DNA of 64,000 nt, taken from the NCBI GenBank assembly GCA_964016885.1, contig OZ024760.1, forward strand, positions 2,108,001 through 2,172,000, written 5' to 3'. This DNA comes from Eledone cirrhosa (Eukaryota). Each line of letters begins with the position of its first letter. The stretch's first letter is position 1. Under the pieces are notes generated by a model. It ran no database searches and was not told the origin of the DNA. It was given only the letters and a program-made list of their open reading frames with translations. This document shows, piece after piece, positions 13,773-27,111 of this stretch. The position numbers were made by a program, and so were the translations under genes.

Positions 13773-14329
13773 AAGTGGGAATCCCAAATGCAAAATATAA
13801 CTGTAAGAACAGCTAATCAGTATTTATGATAGCTTAGAAAATTGGGTAAAATAGCCTTAAAGATGGCAGCCAGAAGCTATAACAGAGAAGCAACTGCTGA
13901 CCACATTGTTCTGTATCTAGAGATATTTTACTGACTTTCTAAGTTATTATTTATAGCTATTGACTGATGTTACACTTATTTTCTGTGTTTGGGACTCTCA
14001 CAGTTTCATATTTTAAATTCACTCAAACACTTCTATAATTCATTAATATATATATACATACATACAAGTATATCTATCTCTCACTATATATATATATATA
14101 TATACTTGTACATATATATAGACATATATTCATACATATATAGACTTGTACATACATATATATACTTATTTATATATATATACTTATTTATATATATATA
14201 CATATATAGACTTATATATACATATAGACATATATATATATATATACTTATTTATATATATATATTAATTTATATAGATATATACATATATATATACATA
14301 TACATATATATACTATATACATACATGGA

Positions 14330-15037
14330 CACACATATATATGTACGTATGGATTCACCGAACATTTATTATAATGCTCGGTGTGTTTGTAAACAAACAT
14401 CCCGTATTAAGCCGTAGTGTCCAGCAACCATTGTTGCTCGTTTGTTCAACACTGACAAAGGAATCCATTCGTACATATATATATGTGTGCATGTATGTAT
14501 ATATACATACTACTGTACGTCTGTATACATATATGTATGTACGTGTACATACTTATATTTAAGTAACAACCGTACTAAGAGTGGGAAAGGAAATTTTGTT
14601 TCATATTTTCCGTTTATCGTTTTCGGTGCACCCGGCCGATTAACCCACTCGATATGCAAATTGGGCTACTCAGCCGTTAATATGCATAAGGTAAGTATAT
14701 ACGTTCAACAATCTGGCAGGAAGGTATACGTTGCTGACGATAGCTAATAAGCTTGAAACTAGTACAGCGTTCCTTTGTCAGTGTTGAACAAACGAGCAAC
14801 AATGGTTGCTGGACACTACGGCTTAATACGGGATGTTTGTTTACAAACACACCGAGCATTATAATAAATGTTCGGTGAATCCATACGTACATATATATGT
14901 GTGCATGTATGTATATATATATACATACTACTGTACGTCTGTATACATATATATATGTACGTGTACATACTTATATTTAAGTAACAGCTGTACTAAGAGT
15001 GGGAAATGAAATTTTGTTTCATTTTTTCTGTTTATCA
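14330..15037 (+). mobile_element. Hammerhead-bearing element: inverted segment plus permuted ~416-bp unit
   Basis: 14330-14463 inverted versus 14770-14902; 14462-14620 directly repeated at 14878-15037. Confidence 0.75.
14728..14770 (+). ncRNA. Minimal type I hammerhead ribozyme
   Basis: ACGTTG-CTGACGA-TAGC taataa GCTT-GAAACTAGTA-CAGCGT; 6-bp stem I, palindromic stem III ACTAGT, GUA triplet. Confidence 0.85.
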
Positions 15038-15304
15038 TATATATACTGATTTAAATATATATGGTGATGGTAGATGCAAATTCATATGACATAAGCATTG
15101 TGATCAGAAAAAGTGTAAAAAAATATCAGAGAAAAATTAGTTTAAAATATATGAAAATTACTTCAGAGGGAGGAAAAAAATGAATAAAAAACATAAATAA
15201 ATAAAAAAGAAAAAAAAGTGTGTTTGAAATTTTTTCATTTTTTTTTATGCTATCACCTCACAATTTTACGTGATGTTGCATTTTTTTTATTTAAAATGTT
15301 TTAC

Positions 15305-15328
15305 CTGATTCATTCCAAGTCTGGGTTC
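15305..15328 (-). CDS. OTOF: Candidate 24-nt frame-preserving microexon (EPRLGMNQ)
   Basis: tctcatctgtttctggacag|GAACCCAGACTTGGAATGAATCAG|gtaaaa; phase 0/0, lies in non-repetitive intron sequence. Confidence 0.55.
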
Positions 15329-15684
15329 CTGTCCAGAAACAGATGAGATATCACTATTTTGACCATAAAATAAGGGTTTTTATTCATATACAACTAATAA
15401 GGCAATTAAAATGTCCCCACAACCCGAAAAATAAAATGTTTTAATGAAAGAAAATTAATCTAAACAAAAAAGGAAAAAAAGAAACAGCTAAAATTACTTT
15501 GTGATTGAAAACCAAAAATTTTGTTATTACAAGTTTTTTTTAGTCTTTTGTATATATATATATATATTCTTTTACTGGTTGAAATTGTTAGACTGCGGTC
15601 AAGCTGGAGCACTACCACCTCACATTTTCGCTGCTGACAGAGTAGATTGTGAATCATCATTGTCATCATCAAAACTGCTATCAA

Positions 15685-15737
<53 letters not shown>

Positions 15738-16894
15738 CCACGAAAATCACAACCACCATCATTATAACCACCACCACCACCACCACCATCTTCACCACAA
15801 TCACCACCATCTTCTCCACTATCATTATCATCATCATCATCATCACCACTGCCACCACCACCACCACCACCACCATCTTCACCACAACCACCACCATCTT
15901 CTTCACTATCATTATCATCATCATCATCATCACCACTGCCACCACCACCACCACCACCACCATCTTCACCACAACCACCACCATCTTCTCCACTATCATA
16001 ATCATCATCATCATCATCACCACTGTCGCCACCACTACCACCCACCACCATCTTCACCACAACCACCACCATCTTCTCCACTATCATTATCATCATCATC
16101 ATCATCATCACCACCGCCACCACCACCACCACCACCGCCATCTTCACCACCACCACCACCATCTTCTCCACTATCATTATCATCATCATCATCATCACCA
16201 CCACCGCCACCACCACCACCACCACCACCGCCATCTTCACCACCACCACCACCATCTTCTCCACTATCATTATCATCATCATCATCATCATCACCACTGC
16301 CGCCGCCACCACCACCACCATCTTCCCCACAACCACCACCATCTTCTCCACTATCATCATCACCATCATCATCACCACTGCCACCACCACCACCACCACC
16401 ACTACCACCATCTTCACCACAACCACCACCATCTTCTCCACTATCATTATCATCATCATCATCATCATCATCATCACCACTGCCGCCACCACCACCACCA
16501 CCACCACCACCACCATCTTCACCACAGCCACCACCATCTTCTCCACTATCATTATCATCATCATCATCATCATCATCACCACAACTGCCGCCACCACCAC
16601 CACCACCACCACCACCACTACCATCATCCCCACAGCCACCCCTATCACTATCATCACTGCCTACATTCTCACCCTCACAACCTTCATAACCCCATTGTTG
16701 GTTTCATGCCCATCTTTACGTACATGTACAGGTTCAATGATCGATGGGGATTTATCCAAATTTAAAGAGGGATTAGATTAATCAAATGAGAGTACATGAT
16801 TGTCATCCTCCATGGATGGGATGCTAGCCCCTCACACTATTCATTCTCCTCATTTGCAGCTGATGCTTAAATTCTTATTTTAGCTGAGAGAACA

Positions 16895-17446
16895 TTAACT
16901 CTTAACATCCTATAATGATTTAGAAAAATATCTTTAAAAATTGGTTTATTGATTTAAATATTTATGATACCATTAGTAGTGGAGAGATCACTGTGAAAAT
17001 TTACAATATTAGAGTAAATAATTTAATTATTAATGTGATGCAGCCATAGTGTTTGTTTGTTGTTTTATTTTGTAGTTTTCAAGAATGTCTTGCTAATGTA
17101 GTTTCATGTGGTTTGTTAATTCAAATGTTTATAGTATCTTTACTAGCGGACAGATTGTTATGAAAATTTGCAATAATAAAGTAAATAAAGACTTTGATTT
17201 TTAATGGGATGCAGCCATAGGGTTGTTTTGTACTTTTCAAGAATGTCTTCTAATGTAGTTTCATGTGGTTTGTTAATTCAAATGTTTATAGTATCTTTAC
17301 TAGCGGACAGATTGTTATGAAAATTTGCAATAATAAAGTAAATAAAGACTTTGATTTTTAATGGGATGCAGCCATAGGGTTGTTTTGTACTTTTCAAGAA
17401 TGTCTTTCTAATGTAGTTTCATGGGATACAAGATGTTAAGAGTTAA
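16895..17446. mobile_element. TTAA-flanked MITE with internal tandem duplication
   Basis: TTAACTCTTAACATC...GATGTTAAGAGTTAA termini; internal direct repeats. Confidence 0.65.
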
Positions 17447-17566
17447 GCAACTGAGAGCATGAGACATTCATCTTCTTAGGATAGGATGCCAGTCCCTCAC
17501 AAAGTTTACTCCCCAATGTACCACCCCCTGTTAAGTGAACTTTAAATAAATGAAATCATGACTTAC

Positions 17567-17698
17567 CCTTATCATGGTCTCCACTGAAGCAAAATACTTG
17601 CTCCACCAATCCAAACTTTCCAAATCTGGTTCTTCTTCGTCAATACCAGCTTTACGTCTTCTCTTATTCTCTGATGTCTTGTGTTCTTTTCGGTCCAT
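17567..17698 (-). CDS. OTOF: Otoferlin-like exon (DWWSKYFAS motif)
   Basis: cag|ATG...AGG|gtaagt; 132 nt; MDRKEHKTSENKRRRKAGIDEEEPDLESLDWWSKYFASVETMIR. Confidence 0.94.
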
Positions 17699-17724
17699 CT
17701 GTGGAAAATTTATTATTATTATTA

Positions 17725-18271
17725 TTAGGAGGAAGGGCAGGCGGTTTTCATCTGCCTGGTGGCCATGGCAAAAGAGATTGTGTGGTGGACAAGGTTAAAA
17801 GGATTAAAGACAAACACTTTCCTCTTCGGCGAATCCCTGATTAACTTTTTCAAGTTTCACTTGAAGAGGAAAATCAGGGTGGAGAGGCAAGTGCTGCCCT
17901 CTAGCAAGTTTGTTGAAAGGTGGGTGAATGTAGCGAGAATGGTCCGAGTGAACGGGACCGCTCTGAATATACACCTGTAGTTTGAGAGATGGAAAAATTG
18001 AGAGAGGGCGCTTGCCCTGGTGGTCAGGGTGGCCGTGGTCTTTTGTGTGGTTTTCGCCACGAGTAACCCTCGGAGGTTTCCCCCCTATTGGGGAATTTTT
18101 CATTGTTTCAATTTTCATTTTATTGTTTATATATATATATATATGTTTTATGTCTTTTTTCTTTTCTTATATAAATAATAAAAATATTTACACGCACAAA
18201 ACCCACATCGTACCGTCCTGTTCCATCTGTGATGTTTTTCTTGATGTCAGCCCTTGTGGCCAATAAAGAAA

Positions 18272-18305
<34 letters not shown>
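17725..18305 (+). mobile_element. 5'-truncated LINE 3' end (Tx1-like) with AATAAA and (ATT)n tail
   Basis: AKEIVWWTRLK...LINFFKFHLKRKIRVER...FVERW; related copy at ~36530-36972 ending CAGCCCTTGTGGCCAATAAA. Confidence 0.65.
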
Positions 18306-18306
<1 letters not shown>

Positions 18307-18612
18307 TTGTTGGTGTCTCAGTCATTGATGTTATTGAATTAGAAAGTTTGTTCAAATGAACATCAAGCTGCTACCTGCAGCCTCAGATATTCAGGATGTA
18401 TCGGAGCTTTGATCATTGCTCTACCCAACCAAAGGCTGACCTGGGGCTAAACAACAACAACAACAACAACAACGGCTATATCTTTAATAATTGCTCTACT
18501 CTATCAGAACTGTCCTGAGGATAAACAACAATAACTTCAACCATAACTTTGATCATTGCTCTATCTAAACAGAACTGACCTGGGGTTAAACAACAACAAT
18601 AACCATACTTAC

Positions 18613-18734
18613 AGCATCAATAGTGATCATTTGGTCCCTAGAAATAAGGGGCTGTTTTTCATCAATATTTATGGCAACATCTTCAGATTTCGTGGAATAT
18701 TCTGAAACAACTTTAGGAGCATCAAGATCTCTTC
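18613..18734 (-). CDS. OTOF: Otoferlin-like linker exon
   Basis: tag|GA...GCT|gtaagt; 122 nt, phase 1/0 restores frame; RDLDAPKVVSEYSTKSEDVAINIDEKQPLISRDQMITIDA. Confidence 0.85.
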
Positions 18735-18784
18735 CTACAAATAAAACATTAAAAATATAATTGATTAATTCAACCTTTCATTAA

Positions 18785-19885
18785 AATATTTCTAAAGACA
18801 CTGTCTATGTCATTAACCTCCATCATTACCATATTTCTATTAAAGACACTGTCTATGTCATTAACCTCCATCATTAAAATATTTCTAAACACACTGTCGA
18901 TGTCATTAACCTCCATCATTACAATATTTCTAGTGAAAGACACTGTCTATGTCATTAACCCTTTTATTACCATATTTCTAATGAAAGACACTGTCTATGT
19001 CATTAACCCTTTTATTACCATATTTCTAATAAAAGACACTGTCTGTGTCATTAACCCTTTTATTACCATATTTCTAATGAAAGACACTGTCTATGTCATT
19101 AACCCTTTTATTACCATATTTCTAATGAAAGACACTGTCTATGTCATTAACCCATTTATTACCATATTTCTAATGAAAGACACTGTCTATGTCATCAACC
19201 CTTTTATTACCATATTTCTAATAAAAAACACTGTCTATGTCATTAACCCTTTCATTACCATATTTCTAATAAAAGACACTGTCTATGTCATTAACCCTTT
19301 CATTACCATATTTCTAATGAAAGACACTGCCTATGTCATTAACCCTTTCATTACCATATTTCTAATGAAAGACACTGTCTATGTCATTAACCCTTTCATT
19401 ACCATATTTCTAATGAAAGACACTGTCTATGTCATTAACCCTTTTATTACCATATTTCTAATAAAAGACACAGTCCATGCCATTAACCCTTTCATTACCA
19501 TATTTCTAATGAAAGACACTGTCCATGTCATTAACCCTTTCATTACCATATTTCTAATAAAAGACACTGTCTATGTCTTTAACCCTTTTATTACCATATT
19601 TCTAATAAAAGACACTGTCTATGTCATTAACCCTTTTATTACCATATTTCTAATGAAAGACACTGTCTATGTCATTAACCCTTTCATTACCATATTTCTA
19701 ATGAAAGACACTGTCTATGTAATTAACCCTTTTATTACCATATTTCTAATAAAAGACACAGTCCATGTCATTAACCCTTTCATTACCATATTTCTAATAA
19801 AAGACACTGTCTATGTCATTAACCCTTTCATTACCATATTTCTAATGAAAGACACTGTCTATACCATTAACCCTTTCATTACCAC
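18785..19885. repeat. 48-bp minisatellite, ~22 copies, from a MITE terminus
   Basis: AAAGACACTGTCTATGTCATTAACCCTTTTATTACCATATTTCTAATG units. Confidence 0.95.
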
Positions 19886-19992
19886 AGGTCCTTATGAGCA
19901 AGAGGTGGTCTCCCGACCTGACTTGTCACATAACATGACGATCTAGCTAATACATGCAACCATGGAAATGGACGTTAAACAATGACGACGAC

Positions 19993-20039
<47 letters not shown>

Positions 20040-21534
20040 CTACTGAAAGACACTGTCTATGGCTTTCAATTAACTTTGATAATAATCTACAATTTGGAGG
20101 CATTTAATCATTATTTAAACTTTCTCATTATTAAGCTGGTGTTTGAAACATAATTTAATAAAAGTTCTTACTTAAAATTATGATGGAAAGTTTTTAGATA
20201 AATATAAACACTTTAACCCCTTCATTACCATATTCTATACTGTAGAACCAGGGATGGTGTCAGGTGGTTTGGTAGCAAAAGGTTTAAGCTGGTGTTTGGA
20301 ACATAACCAAAGTTTTTACATAAATTTATGATGGAAAGTTTTTAGATAAATATAAACACTTCAACCCTTTCATTACCATAAGTAAGATGCTGTCCCTTGA
20401 CCTGGCATCTCACATAATGTGGAAACCTGTCAAACCCTTGCAAGCGTGGTGGAAAATGGATGTTAAATGATGATGATGATGATGATTACGTTTCTAATAA
20501 AAGACACCGCCTATGGGTTTCAATTAACTTTGAAAATAATCTAGAATGATCAATAATAATCTCATTTGGTAGAATTGGTAGAGCCTCGGACGCCATGCTT
20601 TGCAGCAAAGAGCTACACCCCTTTATGATCTGAGTTCAAATCCCGCCGAGATTAACTTTGCCTTTCATCCTTACGGGGTCGATAAAATAAAGTACCAGGA
20701 TAATTGCTGGCCTTGTGCCAAAAGTAGAAACAATTATTTATTTGGTGTTTGGAAGATAAATTAACCAAAATTTTACATGAAACTATGATGGAAAGTTTTT
20801 AGACAAATATAAACAATTTAACCCTTTCTTTACTATATTTCTAATAAAAGACAATGAAAATAAAGAATTTATAGTAGGTCTGGATCATAGCTCCGATACT
20901 ATGAACATGTGGTTAGAATGTCTCAGGAAAGAATTACTGGACAGATATTACAGGCAAAACCAACCGGCAAGAGACCCAGGGGTAGACCCCAAGCAAGATG
21001 GTTGGATAACATCCATGAGCTTGGCTGGTCTCACTTGGGGATCCAGCTGGACCAAAGTTCTAACATAAAATTATAATGGAAAATTTTTAGATAAATATTT
21101 AATCCTCTCACTACCATATGAAAGACACTGTTTATGGTTTATCAAATCATTTTGGAAATAAGAATTTGGAGGGATTTAGTAATATAACTAATTTTCTCAT
21201 TATTAAGTTGGTGTTTGGAATATTAAAATTATAATGGAAAGTTTTTAGATAAATATAGACATTTTAACCCCTTCATTACCATATTTCTAAAGAAAGATAC
21301 TGACTGCCTATGGTTTTCAAATAATTTTGAAAATAAAGAATTTATTTATAAAGTTGGTGTTTGGAACATAACATAACAAAGATACTTTCCATAGAATTAT
21401 GTTGGAAAGTTTTTAGGTAATTTATGAACAATTTTTTTCAGTAAAAATGACTTTTTTTAAAACAAACATTTATTAACAACACATATCTGAATGATTGACA
21501 AACATCACATCAATAAACTAGTAACCCCATCTAG

Positions 21535-22070
21535 CTTTGAAGTTATGAACTGCTGGAAATGATTTCATAACTTTGAAGTTATGAACTGTTGGAAACAAGT
21601 TCATAACTTTGAAGTTATGAACTGTTGGAAAAGAGTTCTTAACTTTGAAATTATGAACTGTTGGAAACGATTTCATAACTCTGAAGTTATGAACTGTTGG
21701 AAAAGAGTTCTTAACTTTGAAGTTATGAACTGTTGGAAACGATTTCATAACTCTGAAGTTATGAACTGTTGGAAAAGAGTTCTTAACTTTGAAGTTATGA
21801 ACTGTTGGAAATGAGTTCATAACTTTGAAGTTATGAACTGTTGGAAAAGAGTTCTTAACTTTGAAGTTATGAACTGTTGGAAAAGAGCTCTTAACTTTGA
21901 AGTTATGAACTGTTGGAAAAGAGTTCTTAACTTTGAAGTTATGAACTGTTGGAAATGATTTCATAACTTTGAAGTTATGAACTGTTGGAAAAGAGTTCTT
22001 AACTTTGAAGTTATGAACTGTTGGAAAAGAGTTCTTAACTTTGAAATTATGAACTGTTGGAAAAGAGTTC
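21535..22070. repeat. 36-bp minisatellite, ~15 copies, inside a MITE
   Basis: AACTTTGAAGTTATGAACTGTTGGAAAAGAGTTCTT units. Confidence 0.95.
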
Positions 22071-22197
22071 AAACATGTTAGGATGAGTTATCTCATCCTT
22101 GGCACTGGAATGCATACATGTTAGGACAAGTTATATCATCTACGGCACTGAAGAGGTGAAAACCCTAAAACATTTTGAAAATAAAATCCCTACTTAC

Positions 22198-22369
22198 CGG
22201 GAAACAGCTTTTTCAAAGCATCTTTTGCTCTTTTAGTCGTAGGAACATACATAAACTTGGATAAAGATTTGATAATATGACTTCCAACTAATACAAATCT
22301 CCCAAAACTGCGGCAGTCCACACAACGTATTGTGATTGGTGGACAGTAGAGCTCATTTTCTGGCAGTTC
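22198..22369 (-). CDS. OTOF: Otoferlin-like exon (C2de end)
   Basis: cag|GAA...CCCG|gtaagt; 172 nt, phase 0/1; ELPENELYCPPITIRCVDCRSFGRFVLVGSHIIKSLSKFMYVP. Confidence 0.95.
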
Positions 22370-23603
22370 CTGGATATGACAGGAAGAAGAACAACAAAAG
22401 TGGAAATATTAATAAATTATAGATAATGACAACAATAATAATTGTTTCTACTTTAGGCACAAGGCCAACAATTTGAAGGGGGAGGGGATAGTCGATTAAA
22501 TTGACCCCAGTGCATTACTAGTATTTTATTTTATTGACCTGTAAGGATGAAAGGCAAAGTTAACCTCGGCAAGATTTGAACTAAGAACGTAAAGGGCCAT
22601 GACTCTATGCCGCAAAGCATGGTGTCTCACGCTCTACCGATACTGCCAATCCACCGCCCTGAACAACAACAACAATAATAATAATAATAAGGTTTTCTGA
22701 TTTAGGCACAGGCCAACAACTTTGGGGGAGGGGAAAAGTTTATTAAATTTGCCCCAGTGCATGACTGATACTTTATTTTATTGACCCTGTGAGAATGAAA
22801 GGCAAAGCTAACCCCGAGGGGATTTGAATAAAATAGTGTAGTTAATACAAAGCATTGTGAGATACATAATATACTTATATATACTAGACCTGCCAAACTC
22901 TAAAAACCCAAACGGAGAGAACCATGAAAAAAGTGCCCCAAAATGTGGAGAAATGAGGCAAAATGGAGAGATCTCGTTGGATGGGGAGAGTTGACAGGTC
23001 TGATATACAAATACATACACACAAACACACACACATATGCACACTCACAAACATACACATATACACACAAACACATACATGCAAAGCTGGTGTAGTCTAG
23101 TTTAATTGAAAACAAAAGCAACTTTAACCCTTTAGCATTTATATTAATCTATATTTACTAGTGTATTTTTTTTTATAAAGGCTTTATCTTACATAATTAT
23201 CTCACATAATATCGAATCTTTGAGATTTTGATATTATTTATTTTGAGAACAATACCTTAATGTCAGCAGTATGAGTGGCCAGTCATGGTTGGTTTGAAGA
23301 GAAAGAAGTGAGAGAATTCTGACTGTATACAGCTGGTTTAACCCTTTAGTGTTTACATTACTCTATATATACTATTATATTTTCATGGTAAAGGCTTTAT
23401 TTCACACAATATCTCACATAATATCAATCTATGAGATTTTGATGATATTTATTTTGAGAAGAATACCTTAACATAAGTATGAGAAGCCATTTACAGCCAG
23501 TTTGAACAGAAAGAGGTGAGAGAATTCCGGCCGGATATGGCTGGTTTGAATGCTAAGGGGTTAAGAAAAATAGAAAATAGAACATTCCAAAACAAACACT
23601 TAC

Positions 23604-23765
23604 AACATCGAAGAACTTCACCAGGATGCTGAAATTTGGGTTTTTCTTTGCATTAGCAATGACTGAAGATTGTAGGATGTGCCCAGCACATTCTATATCG
23701 ATACGGGGTCGATCAACATGTGTCAGTTGTAACCTTTTAAGGTCTCTTACACCCCAGAAAAGAAC
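23604..23765 (-). CDS. OTOF: Otoferlin-like exon (C2de)
   Basis: cag|GTT...GTT|gtaagt; 162 nt; [54 protein letters not shown]. Confidence 0.95.
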
Positions 23766-23873
23766 CTGTGAAGTAAAAAGATAAACGGAAAATACACAGC
23801 AAAGAATTAAATGAATTATTGACTGGCACATTTGAATACATACACACATATATATGTTTATATCCATACCTAC

Positions 23874-23904
<31 letters not shown>

Positions 23905-23906
<2 letters not shown>

Positions 23907-24014
23907 ATAATTGTTTCTACTTTAGGCACAAGGCCAGCAATTACCCAGTGCATTACTGGTACTTTATGCACTGGGTAATTGCTGGCCTTGTGCCTAAAGT
24001 AGAAACAATTATTA
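23905..24014. repeat. Fold-back of a SINE 3' end inside (TA)n
   Basis: TAATAATTGTTTCTACTTTAGGCACAAGGCCAGCAATTACCCAGTGCAT and its reverse complement, 12-nt loop. Confidence 0.9.
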
Positions 24015-24103
24015 TATATATATATATATATATATATAGAGATTTATATATATATAATAATAAAAACATTAAGAAAAAAGCTGATGTTACATAAATCATT
24101 TAT

Positions 24104-24192
24104 TCATAATAATTATTTCAACGGTTCTCTCATGCAATCCAAGATGTAATTCATACATTTGTTGTTGTTTTGAGAATGGTATCCTCAAATGA
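24104..24192 (-). ncRNA. Degenerate hammerhead, same family as 51782-51870
   Basis: TCAT-TTGAGGA-TACCATTCTC...GAGAACCGTT-GAAATAATTATT-ATGA. Confidence 0.55.
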
Positions 24193-24470
24193 AAATCTGA
24201 TTTTATTATATGCCGCAAGCAAAAAAAACACGTCCTTCTGTTTGTGCACTTGGTGGACATATGTCTCCATTGTAACTATAAACGACGAACGTAGAGAGCT
24301 TTCTCCTGCATGCTCCTGTTTTTACTAAAACAATCTCTACTGAACATATATATATATCATCATTATCATCGTTTAACGTCCATCTTCCACGCTAGCATGC
24401 GGGAATGGTCAGGAGACCATGTCTCTGGCAGGTTTTCTACGGCCGGATGCCCTTCCTAACACCAACCACA

Positions 24471-26705
24471 TTTACAGTGTGGACTGGGAGCCTTTTTACT
24501 GTGTCTCCTACATGACCACTTTACAGTATGGACTAGGAGCCTTTTTACTGTGTCTCCTACATGACCACTTTACAGTGTGGACTGGGAGCCTTTTTACTGT
24601 GTCTCCTACATGACCACTTTACAGTGTGGACTGGGTGTTTTTTTACTGTGTCTCCTACATGACCACTTTACAGTGTGGACTAGGAGCCTTTTTACTGTGT
24701 CTCCTACATGACCACTTTACAGTGTGGACTGGGAGCCTTTTTACTGTGTCTCCTACATGACCACTTTACAGTGTGGACTGGGTGCCTTTTTACTGTGTCT
24801 CCTACATGACCACTTTACAGTGTGGACTGGGAGCCTTTTTACTGTGTCTCCTACATGACCACTTTACAGTGTGGACTGGGAGCCTTTTTACTGTGTCTCC
24901 TACATGACCACTTTACAGTGTGGACTGGGAGCCTTTTTACTGTGTCTCCTACATGACCACTTTACAGTGTGGACTGGGAGCCTTTTTACTGTGTCTCCTA
25001 CATGACCACTTTAGAGTGTGGACTAGGAGCCTTTTTACCATGTCTCCTACATGACCACTTTACAGTGTGGACTGGGAGCCTTTTTACCATGTCTCCTACA
25101 TGACCACTTTACAGTGTGGACTAGGAGCCTTTTTACTGTGTCTCCTACATGACCACTTTACAGTGTGAACTAGGAGCCTTTTTACTGTGTCTCCTACATG
25201 ACCACTTTACAGTGTGGACTAGGAGCCTTTTTACTGTGTCTCCTACATGACCACTTTACAGTGTGGACTAGGAGCCTTTTTACTGTGTCTCCTACATGAC
25301 CACTTTACAGTGTGGACTAGGAGCCTTTTTACTGTGTCTCCTACATGACCACTTTACAGTGTGGACTAGGAGCCTTTTTACTGTGTCTCCTACATGACCA
25401 CTTTACAGTGTGGACTAGGAGCCTTTTTACTGTGTCTCCTACATGACCACTTTACAGTGTGAACTAGGAGCCTTTTTACTGTGTCTCCTACATGACCACT
25501 TTACAGTGTGGACTAGGAGCCTTTTTACTGTGTCTCCTACATGACTACTTTACAGTGTGGACTAGGAGCCTTTTTACTGTGTCTCCTACATGACCACTTT
25601 ACAGTGTGGACTAGGAGCCTTTTTACTGTGTCTCCTACATGACCACTTTACAGTGTGGACTAGGAGCCTTTTTACCATGTCTCCTACATGACCACTTTAC
25701 AGTGTGGACTAGGAGCCTTTTTACTGTGTCTCCTACATGACCACTTTACAGTGTGGACTAGGAGCCTTTTTACTGTGTCTCCTACATGACCACTTTACAG
25801 TGTGAACTAGGAGCCTTTTTACCATGTCTCCTACATGACCACTTTACAGTGTGGACTGGGAGCCTTTTTACTGTGTCTCCTACATGACCACTTTACAGTG
25901 TGGACTAGGAGCCTTTTTACCATGTCTCCTACTGGGAGCCTTTTTACTATGTCTCCTACATGACCACTTTACAGTGTGGACTGGGAGCCTTTTTACTATG
26001 TCTCCTACATGACCACTTTACAGTGTGGACTAGGAGCCTTTTTACCATGTCTCCTACTGGGAGCCTTTTTACTATGTCTCCTACATGACCACTTTACAGT
26101 GTGGACTGGGAGCCTTTTTACTGTGTCTCCTACATGACCACTTTACAGTGTGGACTGGGAGCCTTTTTACTATGTCTCCTACATGACCACTTTACAGTGT
26201 GGACTAGGAGCCTTTTTACTGTGTCTCCTACATGACCACCTTACAGTGTGGACTGGGAGCCTTTTTACTGTGTCTCCTACATGACCACTTTACAGTGTGG
26301 ACTGGGTGCCTTTTTACTGTGTCTCCTACACGACCACTTTACAGTGTGGACTAGGAGCCTTTTTACTGTGTCTCCTACATGACCACCTTACAGTGTGGAC
26401 TGGGAGCCTTTTTACTGTGTCTCCTACATGACCACCTTACAGTGTGGACTGGGAGCCTTTTTACTGTGTCTCCTACATGACCACTTTACAGTGTGGACTG
26501 GGTGCCTTTTTACTGTGTCTCCTACATGACCACTTTACAGTGTGGACTGGGTGCCTTTTTACTGTGTCTCCTACATGACCACTTTAGAGTGTGGACTGGG
26601 TGCCTTTTTACTGTGTCTCCTACATGACCACCTTACAGTGTGGACTGGGAGCCTTTTTACTGTGTCTCCTACATGACCACTTTAGAGTGTGGACTGGGTG
26701 CTTTT
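24471..26705. repeat. 49-bp minisatellite, ~45 copies, SINE-internal
   Basis: TTACAGTGTGGACTAGGAGCCTTTTTACTGTGTCTCCTACATGACCACT units. Confidence 0.95.
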
Positions 26706-26975
26706 TGTTGTGGACGGAAATAGGAGGATGGGGTAGGGTGTGTGGAATGGGGTGTATATTGGGTTAAGAGGTGCCTACTGACTGTAGGTTTGTATGCAAG
26801 GGGAGGTGGGTCTTCTGTACAACTGCATGGTGCCAAAGATCTCGATCCAGTGACATTGTCTTGGAGAGGTGTAAGTGAGCAAGGGCAGTTTTTATCACCT
26901 CGTCCCAGGTTTTTCTTGTATATATTGACGAGGTTATAGTATAATCCGGATTGCTCACATTTACTCACTCAATGA

Positions 26976-27021
<46 letters not shown>

Positions 27022-27111
27022 CACATACACACACAAACACACCTATATATATATATCTCCAGAAGAGAGAAAACAATAGTGGTTAGAAAGATGGGATAAC
27101 ATAAGACTCAC

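Noticed and set aside
18807-19946. 379-aa ORF of KDTVYVINPFITIFLM repeats
   Set aside because: A 48-bp minisatellite that happens to lack stops in one frame.
24471-26705. CRISPR-like regular array
   Set aside because: Head-to-tail repeats without unique spacers, no cas genes, eukaryotic intron.
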